Assembly: GCF_000143415.4 (NCBI RefSeq)
Contig: NW_003314315.1
Coordinates: forward strand, 881,991-945,990
Reading direction: 5' to 3'
DNA length: 64,000 nt
Origin: Selaginella moellendorffii
Lineage: Eukaryota; Plantae; Lycopodiophyta
Shown: piece after piece, positions 46,926-60,600 of the stretch
Layout: each line of letters begins with the position of its first letter
Numbering within the stretch: the stretch's first letter is position 1
Program-made: the position numbers and the translations under genes
The notes under the pieces: generated by a model
What the model was told of the DNA's origin: nothing
The model's input: the letters and a program-made list of their open reading frames with translations, nothing else
The model's database searches: none

Positions 46926-47853
46926 GCCCTTCCAATAAAGAATATTCTAACGAATATATTTTAAATATACTACGAATATTCCAGGAAAATATTCTAGGGT
47001 TTACCAATAAGTCGCATATCTTAGCGTTGTTTTCGTGACGATGATGGGCTAGGCGATGCAGAATCCCGTGCGCACCACATAGCACACAGCCGTGCACACG
47101 AAGGTGAGCAGCAAGGAGATCAAGGAGCAGAGATCGAGCTCAAGAAGGCCGCTGTCAAGGGCAGCAAGGCGGAGCAAAAGGCCAAGACGAGGAAGAAATC
47201 TCCGGGCCGGCGATGAAGGAGGACACGAATTCCGGGCGGCTGGACAATCGCGGGTCCGCCGCCAAGAATCTCCAAGGGGAAGAAGTGGCGGGATCGACGA
47301 GCGCAGCAGGGAGCAGCGCATCCAGGACGAACAGGTACTGCTCGTGAGCGTGGAGGAGGACGTCCTCGCCGCCGAGCTCCAGCCGCTGGGATTGTCGCTC
47401 AAGGAGATCAAACCCGACGGGCATTGCTTATACCGGGCGGTGGAAGATCAGCTCCAGCTCCATCCCAGCGCGCCCCAGTACTCGTTCCAGGAGCTCCGGA
47501 AGATCGCTGCGGGCTACATCCGCGAGCACCCAGAGGATTTCGTGCCATTCATCGGCGGCGATGTGGAGCTGGAGGATTACTGCCGGGAGATTGAATCGAC
47601 CGCGGCCTGGGGAGGGCAATTGGAGCTCGAGGCCCTCTCTCACGCACTCCAGAAGCACATCTTCGTGTTCTAGGCGGAGATGGCAATCGTGGAGATGGGC
47701 AGTGAGTTCCAGCGCGATGGGACGAATCCATCGATCAGGCTCTCGTACGCGTTTGGATTGGGGGAGCACTACAACTCCTTGGTTCCGGCGTGAGGAAGAA
47801 CACGGAAGGTTTTGGCGGGAAGAACTGCCACGTGGCTGCTGACGTGCTCAATG
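46926..47853 (+). pseudogene. Deleted duplicate of the OTU gene at 56401-57329, including its promoter and 3' flank
   Basis: Near-identical catalytic region. Exon 1 is mostly deleted, there are several microdeletions, and TCG>TAG creates a stop at 47671-47673. Confidence 0.92.
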
Positions 47854-49019
47854 GCGTTTCAGTTCTATTGCAGCTAGTGATCTTCCTTAAAACAAGTTTT
47901 TCGGTGGCAGACATAAGCGACATCTTAAGCAGATACTTGGTGCAAGCTCCTCACAAGGAGCCGTGACATCCAAGGACATGGAGTGAATAAAATCTTGTGA
48001 AAAGTGTTCAAGCTGAGGTGGTGTTGTGATTTTCTTATTTTTCTGTTATTATTTTTTTCTTGCACTTGAAGGATTTGACATTCACATTGTTGACGCAGGA
48101 AATGGTGCTGGTGGCTTCTTTGTGGTACTTCATTATTTTTGGCTATGGGAGTGGATGTCAGCTTTTGGAGCTAGATGGTATGAAACCCTGTCAGAGAAAT
48201 GAAGTTCTTATATCTTGACTTTTCTTGCCAGGCATGTTTCTGAGTTGTATTCGCAATCTTGAGGAAAAAAAAGCATTGTTCTCAACCATATTTGACACGG
48301 ATGTGGACAGGTTTTCTTATTTTCCTTTTCATCCTTGTTCTTTTGGAAGTAACTTGCTCTGCTGCAATAGAACTTAATTGTAATCACTTATTGCCATTGT
48401 TTTGGCCAAATTACCTTCTCACAATTGTGGTAACAGCTTGAAAGCTTTCAAAAGACAGCAGGACAACAATTGTGACTGACAACATCACTTCTTGATCAAA
48501 TATGCAAGGCTGTGATTGAATCTGTCCTGTTCCCTTTTACAAGGGACAATAGTCATGCAACACATACTTCCAATGCAAAATGGTTGTAGAACTCGGTGGG
48601 TGAGGAGTCCCATCTAGCAGGAACTCAAAGTTCTGGGCTCGTTTGTCATGGAAGTGGTTTCTGGATTCAGGATATAGCTACTCCTCTAGCTGATATTGTT
48701 TGATTATGTACATAACATAGGTTTAGGGAAGTTATAAATTTCTCCTGTGATTAAATTCCCTTAATAAGTTATTTTATATAAAGGTTATTCACACTTAAAA
48801 CATAAATATCTTAAAATTTAGCATATAAATTTTCTAAACACTTCCTAGTATATTATACTTCATTAATTGAAAGGTGATATATCAAACAAATACTATATTA
48901 TTATTCAGATCTTTCAACTACTAGAGTGTCTTGTATTTCAATGCCAGTAGGTGTTAGAATCAAGTGATCTTTTGGCTTTGGGATTTCTATATTCAATATG
49001 CTCTCCATTCTCTTCTCTT

Positions 49020-49260
49020 CATCTCATCTTGTGCTCGAGTTCTTCATTTGTATAAGATCTATCAAAAGGTTGTGTAAAACACAACATACTTTCATGACAT
49101 TTGGTAGAAATGCCAACTTCATTTGTAGTTGAGAGTTGAAACACTTGATGATATTGTTTATTAAATTGGCACATGATAACACATGATGGTAATTCTTTTT
49201 TATCAAAGGACAATGATGACTCTAGAAAATGCAAGTGAGAAGCTGTACAAATGATTTCTA
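49020..49260 (-). mobile_element. Possible relic of a PIF/Harbinger transposase C-terminus
   Basis: LPNVMKVCCVLHNLLID resembles the ACCVLHN motif of DDE_Tnp_4 nucleases and lies in AT-rich decayed DNA. Confidence 0.45.
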
Positions 49261-49989
49261 TCATGAGACTTACTTGTGAATGGTGTCGTCATAAAAGCTT
49301 TAAGTTAATATCTTTTGTCTTCTACCAAGTAAGATTTGATGTCATGGTTGATCACATTAATTTTTTGTTCTTGCTGAGACTCTATTTACTGTTGAATAGT
49401 AAAATTTTGCCATACTTGCATATCATGAACACTATCTGGAAATAGTAAGTTTAGTTTGATCATAGTGATTGATAGAAACCTCTTCCTTGCATCATAAATT
49501 GCTTGGAGAATGATGAGCTCTTATTTCAAAGCTCACTCAAAGTCCAAGATGATTAGCTTGAAAACTAAAATGCTTGAAACTTGAATTTGAAATAAAAGCT
49601 CTCCCCCTAGAACTAAAACTAGAAGTAAAAGTGGTGAGGATGAAGTTTTAGTGAAAGCCTAAATTGATGATCTACTCATAGATATGATTAGTTAGATGGA
49701 TGGAGTGGAGAGCTAGGAAGATCTTAACAAAGTGATGTGATTAGGAGGGATTTCATCAGTTGCACTTGCCACAAGAGGACATGATTCTTCAATATGGCTC
49801 TTATGAATAACTCCATTACCATGCATAACTATACCACCATCTTAACTCTACCACTATAACCAAATTTAATGCCACAATTTATGCTTAAAATCACCATGCC
49901 CACTCCTCGTCACTTAAGTTAAATTACCTAAGTCATCTCACATAATTTTAACACATGAATCACAAATGATATATTATGTATGGTTTATT

Positions 49990-50116
49990 GTTGTGAATGT
50001 GACTTTAGGTATCAAAAGATATTTGTTAGCCAGTCCAATTTACTAACACTTAGTAAAGAGTGTCTGTAAGGATTGACCAACAAGTATCTTTCAATACCCA
50101 AAGTCACATTTGCAAC
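49990..50116. repeat. ~127 bp imperfect hairpin (MITE-like)
   Basis: GTTGTGAATGTGACTTTAGGTATCAAAAGATATTTGTT pairs with AACAAGTATCTTTCAATACCCAAAGTCACATTTGCAAC. Confidence 0.8.
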
Positions 50117-50549
50117 ATTTATGTAATGTTTATATGCAAAAGTAATCTGAAAAGAAAATATATAAAATAATTTACATATATTTCATATAGTGTTTTCAAT
50201 GCGAATATATGTTATTATAAAGCTAGAAATTATATTAGTAGTTTGTGATTTTCATATAAAATGCTTAGTTAATATTCAAAACTTTTTAAAATTCCTTTAA
50301 GTTATCCATCTTACCATAATTTATACTCCATTATATATTTATGAACTTCCATAAATTAAATGATTTGATCATTTACCTCAAATGATGGCTTGTTATGTGG
50401 TAAAAATCACAAGTGTTTTAAACAACCTTCCCTTTTTTTTATTGGATTTGCACATCATCATTAAAGTTTTGGCATGAAAGATAATAAAAAAAAGATATTA
50501 ACAACCAAAAATAAAACTACTTAGGAGTATCTTATATTGTTTTACATTA

Positions 50550-52750
50550 TTCATATTCCACTTTATTATACATCCCCATTATTGGGGTTAAATAAAATTC
50601 AGAAGGCTTTAGGAGATATGCCATATGAAATGGTAGATTATTTTTAGTTTTGGAGTCTAAAATGCTTAAGAGGAGGACAATAAAAAGGCAATGTAAATCA
50701 AACTTACCAAACAAAGGGAATATACTAGTTGCACTGTAAGCTACAAGATATTTTACTTTATCAATCCTTCATACTTTATCTAGATAGCTGATTATATTAC
50801 ATGTGCCAAAAGTATATTGGTATAACCTTCTCAAGAGTATTAAAGAAATGACTAATTTTGGCTTCTAATCTAAAAAAATCACAAACTTGGGAAGAATTTT
50901 TATGAGGGAAAGAGGAAGAAAGAGGAAGAAAGAGGAAGAAAGAGGAAGAAAGTGCTTACCAAAATCCTCTAAATTTAGCCACCATTACTACTTTTTAAAT
51001 TTCTCAAAAAAAAATTTGATTTAGGCATCTAGTGAACTTGTAACTTCTTTTCAATTTGAGTTTATCTGCCATAGCATTTGTTTGTATGCTTAAGCCAAAA
51101 TATTAACGTCCTCTATGCCTGATGCTTTAGCGTGTCTAAATAGGGTTAGGTTAAGTTAGAAATAAAAGGCAATAAAGAGTAATTCAACATTCATGTGTTT
51201 TCTTATAGTGCACATGAATTCGGAGTTAAACTCTAAATTTGTTGCACTATGAAACAAGGGTTTAATACATATTAAAAATCTCTAATAAACACCACTTCTT
51301 TATATCTATCTCTTGCACATAAAATGGTGTCAAATGTTGTTTAGCACAATTTTAAGATACTGGTAGTGTATTCATATTCCATTTTATTATCCATACCCAT
51401 TATTAGGGTGAAATAGGATTTAGAAGGCTTTAGGAGATATGCCTTACATAATGACTTAAGATTAGTTTCAATCTTGAAATATAAGATGCCTAGAAATTAA
51501 AAAACCAATAATAAAAAGGCAATACAAACTAAGCGTACTAGATAAAAAGAACATATTAGTCATTCTATAAGCTATAAAATATTTTATTTTATTGATTCTT
51601 TACACCTTATCCAAATGGTTATTGCATATGTCAGAAGCTTTTTGATATAACCTTCTCTCTAGAAGAAAAAGGTATATAAGATAAATAATGAATCTTAACC
51701 TCTAGTTAGGAGAATCACAAACTTGGGAGGAGATATTAGGAGGGAAGGAGGAGGGAGGAAGAAGGCATTTACTAAATTTTCTAGATTTACTTTATCTTAA
51801 AAGATCTTAGCTTAGGTATTTAGCGAATATGCAATATCCTTTAGATTTAAAACATTTGCCATAATATTTATTTGTATGCCCAAGTCCTTTGCCTATGGAA
51901 TGTCAGTGTTTTTATGATTTAGCATCCAAAGAGGGTTAAATTAAGTTAAAAATTAGATGCAATAAAAAGTAATTTAACATTTACATACTTTATTGTAATA
52001 TACATAAATTTAGAGACGAACTTTAAGCTCTCTCAAAGAATTTAGTTTAAGCATTTAATGAATCTAGTACTTTTTTTTTATTTAGGACTATTCATTATAT
52101 ACCTAAGTTGTTCATCTATGGAGCATTGGCATCCCCTATATTTGATGATTTAGCATATCTGAAGTGGGTAATGTTAAGTTGGAAATAATAGGTAATAAAG
52201 AGCAATTTAGCATTTATTAAATTTAAAACAGAATTCTAGGCTCGCTACACTATGAAACAAGGGTTTAATATATATTCAAAATCTATTCAACTTTTGGATG
52301 CAAAACAATATTAATTAGTGTTGCATTCATATATCACTTTATTATCCACCCCTATTATTAGGGTTAAATAAGATCTAGAAGGTTCTAAAAGATATGAAAT
52401 GGCTTGAAACTGGGATCAGTCTTGGAATTTAATATATTTATAAAGTATAGAAAGAGGAGGATAATAAGTTAATTGTGTCATATGTACCAAAAGTCTTTTG
52501 ATATAACTGTATTTTTCTCTTAAGAAAGGCACATTAGAAAAGTGATAAATTTTAGCTTTTAATTTAGGAGATTATATATTTGGGAAGAGCTATTAAGGGA
52601 TGAAGGAAGAAGAGGAAGCTGGTGGTATGTTTACATTTTATATTATTGTCCATCTTTATTATTGGGATCAAATAAGATTCAAAAACCTTTAGAATATATG
52701 CCATATAGAATGGTTTGAAATTAATTCCATTTTTGGAGTTTAAAATGATT
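50550..52750. repeat. Diverged long tandem repeats (~0.8-0.95 kb period) in AT-rich DNA
   Basis: A TTCATATTCCA..CCCATTATTRGGGT..AGAAGGCTTTAGGAGATATGCC-like block recurs at ~50550, ~51371, ~52326 and partly at ~52645. A (GAGGAAGAAA)n run lies at ~50910-50950. Confidence 0.75.
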
Positions 52751-54017
52751 ATATATTTTCTATTAACCTTCTTGGTCATAACCTTTTTTAATCTACTAGT
52801 AGTTTTACATAAATTTGATCTTTTCTTTCAATAGTGACATATAGTTCGTATAAAGTTTTTGATATTGCTCTAGAGTTGTTTTTCTGCAATTGTATTATTT
52901 CAATCCCTGAATATTAGAAAATAAAAGGATAATAAGAAAACTTCTAGTCTAGAAGAATCATTAACTTTAAAGGAGTTATTAAAAAGAGAGAGAAAAGAAA
53001 CCCCCCTTCCTTTACCAACTTTATTTTTTAAAACTGATTCAAATATAAAGCTATTCTACCATGATACAATACTGGTATTTACAATTATGTAGTACATTTG
53101 AATTTGGAACAAAACTCTAAGCCCATTGTATGCACTCAAAATCCCCTATATTATATATAAAATAGTGTTAAATGGTAATTAGCATAATTTTAGCATACTA
53201 GTGATTTAATGTGAGGAGCTGGGTATCCCACCAACTAGAGTAGCATAAAATTTGGGCTTAGACCCAAGTTAAACGTAGAACAAAAAGCAATATATTTTAG
53301 CAGGAGCAAAATTAATATCTCAAGTGATTAGCCGTACTTTTAATCACTATTTCTACTATATATTTAGAACTCTTCACAGTCAATGTTCTTGTCAATATAT
53401 ACCCTAGTCTACCCTTGATGCAAACCATCAAGGAAACAATTCCAAAATTTAACAAAAGGCACACTTTATAAAAAACACACTAACTTAAATGAAAAAGGGT
53501 TATGTCCAAAAATTTTAAGACTTAAACACCTTTTGGCTTTCATTTACAAGGGAAAGACTAATAAAATTAACCACCTTTGTGATTTCAAGTACCACTCGAC
53601 TTATAAAAGAATGATATTGCCTTGCCCACATGGATATTTAAAAAGAGTTAAAGGTTTAATTATCCTTAACACAAATCATTATATCATGAATATTTTGAGA
53701 ACTATTACAAATTAACAAATGAAATTGTTTACACAACCACACTCATTTGCAAAAATGGGTTAACAAGCGAGAGATGAGAATTTGTAATAGTTATCTTTAT
53801 GGATTGAATCTATGTACCAAAGTGCTAAAATAAATTTGTTATAGAGAGAATAACTCAAGAGATATTTATAAGGGTTTAAATATAGAGAGAAAAGGGACTA
53901 CTCTTTTTTATAATTGGTTAAAGGTCTTTCGATACTTTAAGCATTTTTTAGTTTGAATAGTATTGTGATTGGTGACTCTTTGGAAAGTCAAACCTCAAAA
54001 GCTTACACTTGTTAGAA

Positions 54018-54400
54018 CTAACCCAAAATGAAAGAATAAAATATTTAAAGAAATTGAATATTTTATTATTTTTCAACATTTTTAAGAGGTTCCTAAGTTA
54101 ATTCATAATACTCACAAATAATATCTATAGTATGGCATATAGTCAGTACTCATGGATGCCCAATATGTATGATTTCAATTTGAGGAGTAGGAATATAACT
54201 TGAGCCTAACCCAAAATAAAAGAATAAAAGATTTAAAGAAATTGAATATTTTATTATTGCAAGATTTTAAGAGGTTCCTAAGTTGATTTATAATACTCAT
54301 AATTAATAACTATAGTGTGGCAACTAGTCATCAACTTATATTGCAGTCCATACATTATAGATGCCAAATGTGTATAATTTCAATTTTAGAAGTAAGAATA
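54018..54400. repeat. ~188 bp tandem duplication
   Basis: CTAACCCAAAAT.AAAGAATAAAA.ATTTAAAGAAATTGAATATTTTATTATT occurs at ~54018 and ~54207. Confidence 0.85.
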
Positions 54401-56400
54401 TACTTTGCTAAAAGGTATAAATTAATGAAAATCAAACTTGTATCAGTTACTTTTATATGATCTAATGTACCCTATCTCTCTCTTCTTAAACCAACTAGAA
54501 AAGGGTAATTTTTTTATTTTAATGGTTAATTTATCCCTATTTACCCATGATCACATATGCTACAGTAGCTTTAGATCAACTTTAGCGCAATTGCTCTATA
54601 TAAGTCTTAACAATTGAGACTAACATTTCAGATATAATTTCAAAATAATGATGTATTAAAGAATCCTATGAGCATTTCCTTACAATATCTCCTATGAAGA
54701 ATAGTGAAATGTGTTGTTATAATAGATTTCTATTCTCAACTTAATTGTATTAATCCATTGCGATATAGTACCATAAATAATCTTCAACCTAACCATTTAT
54801 GTTTTTTGTCTACCCATTTGTTTAAGGATGAGAAACTATATTAAATTTCAACTTATTACCAAATAACTAGAATAGTGTGCCTCAAAACTTTCCCATAAAT
54901 CTTAAATCCTTATTCAAGATCATTTCTTTAGGAAATTCATAAACCCACACTATTTCATGGAAAAGAGATTTGCATTTTACTTTGCATTCATAATTTCCAC
55001 AATTGGAATAAAGTGTGTAATATTTAGCAACCGATCCATAACCACAATCAAAGTGTCATAATGTTTAAACTTTAATAAGTAAGTGATTGTAAGCTATTAA
55101 ATGTGGACTTCCCAGAAGGTCATTTAGCCTAATACTATTCAAATCTAAGGACATTTAACCCTAAATATCCAAAGACCCATAACCAATTAGACAAAAGAGT
55201 GCACTCTTGTTCATAAGTCATTTCCCTCTATATTTAAACTTCATAAATTATCCCTCAAGTTGTTCTCTTTAATTTTTTACAATCTATCACACTTTTTTGC
55301 AAGTTCACACTCTCGTGAATGAAAGTTAAGAGCCACAGCTCTTTTGAGAGCCCCAATTTCGTGACATCCTACCCCTCGAGTTGAGCCCAACTAAAGCAAA
55401 TTAGACCTACTAAATGTTAATTAACATATGGTGTGATTCCCCTAGCTAACTAACAAAGTTAGACCCGAGACCCCTTTAATACCAAATATAAACTCCTAAA
55501 TTTAGACTTCTCAGAAAGTCACAAAACCTTTAACCAATTGGAAAAACTTTTGTTAATGGGCTCTTTCCGTCTATATTTAAACCCCATAGATCATCTATTA
55601 AATTGTTCTTTTTAGTTGCTTATAGTGATGAAATTAAATGTTACACTTTAAAATAGCCATATTAGTGTTGGAATGCACTACAACTTCCCAACATACTTCT
55701 TAGTTCTTCTCTTACACTACTAACAAGTAGGGTAAGAATATATATAGTCTACTACATTAATTTCCATACCAGACTAAAAAAGTCTCTTTTTCAACTAAAT
55801 AAAAGTTTTTCATTTACCACTATATTCCATTGCTGGAACATCATAACATTCTTATAGAAATAATTGTAATAGGTCTTTGGACAAAGGATACAATCTTTCC
55901 TGCTTATAGTAAATAAGCCCATATTTAATTGAGAAATAAAGTTTCACATTAGCACAAATAGCAAATTTCATTGCTTCACTATTAAGGTTTTGCTTCAACA
56001 ACTCTATATAATGCAATATTACTTTTTTCAATAGATCACTTTCATATAAAGCCTAAACATCTTCTAACTAGTCTAAATTGATTGCTAGAAACTAAGTTTG
56101 ATAATTTAACACATCTAGAACTTATTAGATTTATAGATAATTTTGATATTGAATCTAGCAAATTTCTTTTGCCAATGAATCTACTTTGGTATAAACTTTA
56201 GTTACATCATATAAACTTTAGTATGTCCATCCAAATAATACCTTTAATGGTCCAACTCTAACACTATAGCAAACATTTCTTTTCTTGTGTGTAGGCCCTT
56301 CCAATAGAGAATAATCTAACGAATATTCTTTTAGAATATGCTACGAATGTTCTAGGAAAATATTCTAGGGTTTAGGTTGTGATCTTCGAGCGATCGAGCT

Positions 56401-57329
56401 ATGGCGGTCACGGAGGCGGAGAGCCGCATGGAAATGCTGAGCCGCCACCAGTAAGTCGCAGCTCTTAGCGTTGTTTTCGTGACGATGATGGTCGTGGCGG
56501 CAGGCAGGAGATCAAGGAGCTGCGAAATCGAGAGATCGAGCTCAAGAAGGCCGCCGCCAAGGGCAGCAAGGCGGAGCAAAAGGCCAAGAAGAAGGCGATC
56601 GAGGAAGAAATCTCCGGGCAGGACGCGGCGATGAAGGAGCGGCAGGCCAGGGAGCTGGCTACGCTGGGGTTTGCGGGCAGCGAGGACACGAATGCCGGGC
56701 GGCTGGATGGATTGGTGAGGGCAATCGCGGGGGTCGGGGTCTCCTCTGCCGCCGCCGTGGCGGCGCCGCCAAGAATCTCCAAGGGGAAGAAGTGGCGGGA
56801 TCGACGAGCGCAGCAGGACGCCGAGAGGGAGCAGCGCATCCAGGACGAACAGGCACTACTCGTGAGCGATCGCAAGGTGGAGGAGGATGTCCTCGCCGCC
56901 AAGCTCCAGCCGCTGGGATTGTCGCTCAAGGAGATCAAACCCGACGGGCATTGCTTGTACCGGGCGGTGGAAGATCAGCTCCAGCTCCATCCCAGTGCGC
57001 CCCAGTACTCGTTCCAGGAGCTCCGGAAGATCGCGGCGGGCTACATCCGCGAGCACCCAGAGGATTTCGTTCCATTCATTGGCGGCGATGTGGAGCTGGA
57101 GGATTACTGCCGGGAGATCGAATCGACCGCGGCCTGGGGAGGGCAATTGGAGCTCGAGGCGCTCTCTCACGCGCTCCAGAAGCACATCTTCGTGTTCTCG
57201 GCGGAGATGGCGATCGTGGAGATGGGCAGTGGGTTCCAGCGCGATGGGACGAATCCATCGATCAAGCTCTCGTATCACAAGCACGCGTTTGGATTGGGGG
57301 AGCACTACAACTCCCTGGTTCCGGCGTGA
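56401..57329 (+). CDS. OTU5: OTU-domain deubiquitinase (OTUD6B / plant OTU5-like); intron 56451-56503
   Basis: MLSRH..EIKEL..KKAAAKGSKAEQKAKKK N-terminus. Catalytic PDGHCLYRA, WGGQLEL and GEHYNS. Confidence 0.9.
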
Positions 57330-57367
57330 GGAAGAACGCGGGGAGAATTTTGGCGGGAAGAAGAGTG

Positions 57368-57389
57368 CCACGTGGCTGCTGACGTGCCC
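57368..57389. promoter_or_regulatory. Perfect G-box palindrome plus a TGACGTG element
   Basis: GCCACGTGGCTGCTGACGTG lies between the OTU stop and the next gene's 5' UTR (intron ~57486-57654). Confidence 0.5.
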
Positions 57390-57654
57390 AATGGTCACGA
57401 TTAGGGTTCTTCGTTTTCTTCATCAATGAAATATTTCGCGTGATCGTCGTCTTCTTCGTCGATTCTCTCCTCTGCCCTCCCACAGGTAAATCGATTCGTG
57501 CGCTGCGAGGACTCTCTGGATTGTAATCGGTGTTTTCTTGCAGCGTTGCGGCAGCGATGCGCGTCCAATCGATTTCTTGTTGATTCGATCTTCCCTGTGG
57601 TACGTAGCGATCGGGCACGAGAATGCCGTCAATCCTTGCTCTCTGTGCTTGTAG

Positions 57655-60600
57655 ATGGAAGAAGGGACGCCGATTCTCGAATCCTTCACGCAAAGCGTCG
57701 CGGATGGGCCGTCCCAGCCGCTGGTTCGCAAGCTCATGTCCCTGATGCTCTCGGAGCCGTCCTCGATCCCTCCCATCCAAGATCTCGGCGACGCCAGTGG
57801 ATTCCTCCTCGTCGAAGCTCCCGCTGGTGGAACATCGAGGCTCGGAGCTTTAGACGTAGTGGAAGACATCGCTCAAACGGCCGGGTGCCCGGTGGAGGAC
57901 ATGGAGAACGTTGTCCAGTCGGGGTTCCGGTTCGCTGGATCCGAGGGGTGCTGCGATTCTCCAAGAGTGGAGAGTTACTTCTCGGAGAGCCAGATCCCAG
58001 CAGACCTCGCGGACAAAGTTCCCATCGATTTCCTCCACGCCATCAACAATGTGCTCGACACCAGGGTCGTCCCAGTGCCAAAGGGCCATCACCACCATCA
58101 CCACCACGGCCATGGTAGACGAAGATCTGCAAGGAAGCGAGCTCCGCCAGCTTTGTCACTCGGGAACAAAGAGCTTGTTCTTCCTCGCGAGGAAGAACAA
58201 GGTGGCGGTGGCACAGGTTTCGCGAGCACGGACTATGCACAGGAGATGGTGACGAGGAGGCTGGATAGATTGGAGGAGATTTGCTTGCGGACCGAGTCCT
58301 ACGTCCAGATGGTTCTCGGGACGATGGACAAGAGGCTCCAGCTCCTCGAGGGCGACGCGATATCTAGGTGCACACAGGATTCCATGACTTCTCCGAGGTT
58401 TCCAGGAGGAAGTTTTTCGTGCGAAGCCGGGACTTTCGTTACTCCGGAGATGCTCATGGTCCAGTCTCCTCGTCTGGACAGGATATCTCTGTTTGCTACT
58501 GATGTAGCAGCGTCGGCTGGGTTGGAGGTGTCTTGCCAGGCTTCCGAGGATTCAGCGCTCGTTCTCTCGACTCCGGTTCCATCCGTTTTGCAGCCGTCCG
58601 AGTATCCGTTTGCTACTCTTGCTGGAGAGCGGCCGGAGATCACCGCAGCGGTGGTTCCTTCAACTCCAAATACAGGGGACGAGATAACAACGATGCACAG
58701 GCAGGAGGACGAAGGGACTTCCGAGAGGCCACTGGTTGCTGCGATCGCTGTTTTCTCTCTTGCTCCCGATGATCCCGGCCGGAGTGGAGAGAGTCCGGTG
58801 GATGCACTCCTGAGCGAACCAGTTTTGACGTGGGAGAACGAGGGATTTCCCTACCTTCGTCCAGCTTACCAGGTGGAGTTGGAGCCTCGGCCGAGGGACA
58901 CCACTGTGCTGACATGGGACGCTGCTCGGTACTTGGTTCCCGAGTCGACAAGTAGTGAAGACGAGCGTGCTACTTGTCACTCCAGCGAGGAAGCATTCAC
59001 CTTCTGCAATCTAGACGACGAACCGAGGCGGCTCAAGGAGGACACTGAGATGCTGAGCGAGGTTTCGTCTCTCCTCCAGAATATATGCGCCGACCTGGAA
59101 GCTTACGGCGTTCCGGAGGATGAAAGAACCATCGAGCGCTGTCGTCACTGTCGTTTCGGCCCAGCTTGCATCAAAGACCAGGAGGAGATCATCTCAGTTC
59201 TCGAGGAGATGTTCACGAGGCTGACATACTGCCCGCATCCCGAGGACGTCCTCATGAGTGTTTTACCAGTCTCAGGAGCTCTCTCGACAAAAGCTTCGGT
59301 AGACGAAGTTGCGTTTGCTCCAGCAGCGGCTTCCAGTCGAGAGCGTGTTATAGATGGAGTTCAGTACGCGCAGCTGCCTCAGCAAGAAGACGTAGACGAG
59401 ATCAGCTCAACGAAAACCGAGCGGAGTTTTGAGATTTTTCCTTTGGAAGGCAGCACCAGTCCAAGGGTGGCACTCTCGTTCATTCAGGAAGACGGCATGC
59501 CCTCGGAGGTCGAGCAAGCTCCGCAGCACATGAAGATTGAAATGCCACCTCCGAAGCAGGATGCTCCGAACGACCCTTTGGCTCTTCACGTTGCGATTGC
59601 TCCCAAGGAAATCAAGGTGGTGCCGGAGGACGAGCCCGGCGCAGAAGAAGTGGCGCCCTCGGTTATCCAGGACATCTCCGTCACACTCGAAGGATCTTAC
59701 AGTCAACCCGTCGTTCACGAGAACGATGTCGTCGGGGACAACGCAGCCGAAAGTCGAGAAGTTGTGGCCGTTTCAAGGGACCAGCTGCAGCTTTCTGGTG
59801 ACGTATTTGCGGACTACACGTTGAAGGTTGTTCCCCGGCCAGAGCAGCAACAGGAAGGAGCCCCCTTGGTTGTAAGCCAGGACAACAAGATGGTGATCAA
59901 CGAGGAGGAGGTTTCATCCGTGATACACGAGCTGTGCTTCGGCCTGGACGTTCCTTCGCGTGCAACTCAGGCTGACAAAAGCAAAGAACCGGAGCTCCCG
60001 TTGCAAATCGCCATTGCATTAACTGGAAGCGGTAGTGGTGCCAGCGATCACAGCATGGTGGCGCGGACGTCAGTGGAGGACATATCCAGCTCTGAGGCAT
60101 CCTCGTCAACTCAGCAGCAAAAGGAAATTGCGTCCATCATTCTCAACCTCGAAGCGCTCCAAAAGAGTGAGGAAAGGCCCATGACGTTCAACTGGGAAGG
60201 CGTTCCCGCGGCAAGCGAATGCGACGACATACCTTGCGTGCTCAAGGTTGAGGAGAAGAAGGTGGCGGCTGCAAACGACGAGTTCACTTCTGTTCACCAG
60301 GAAGTCCGCATCTCGCTGGAGGTTCCCACGGAGACGAGAAGCGAAGCTGCTGGCCCGGGTGTTCAGATCGGCATTGCTGTGAAGTCTGTGCCGAAGAGAG
60401 CTGGTGACGAAGAGAACGCCATATACACAGTCGAGATACCCGACGACACGGACTTTGAGAAAGTGCCACTGAGCGAGATGGCTCCCGTCGAGCGAGAGGC
60501 AGAGCCCGCAATTGAGGAGCTAGTGCCTCTGACAAAAGCAGCCGCGTCGCCCGCGAAGACACTGGTCGTCGAGAACAGAAGCTTGGGAGACGAGCTGTTG

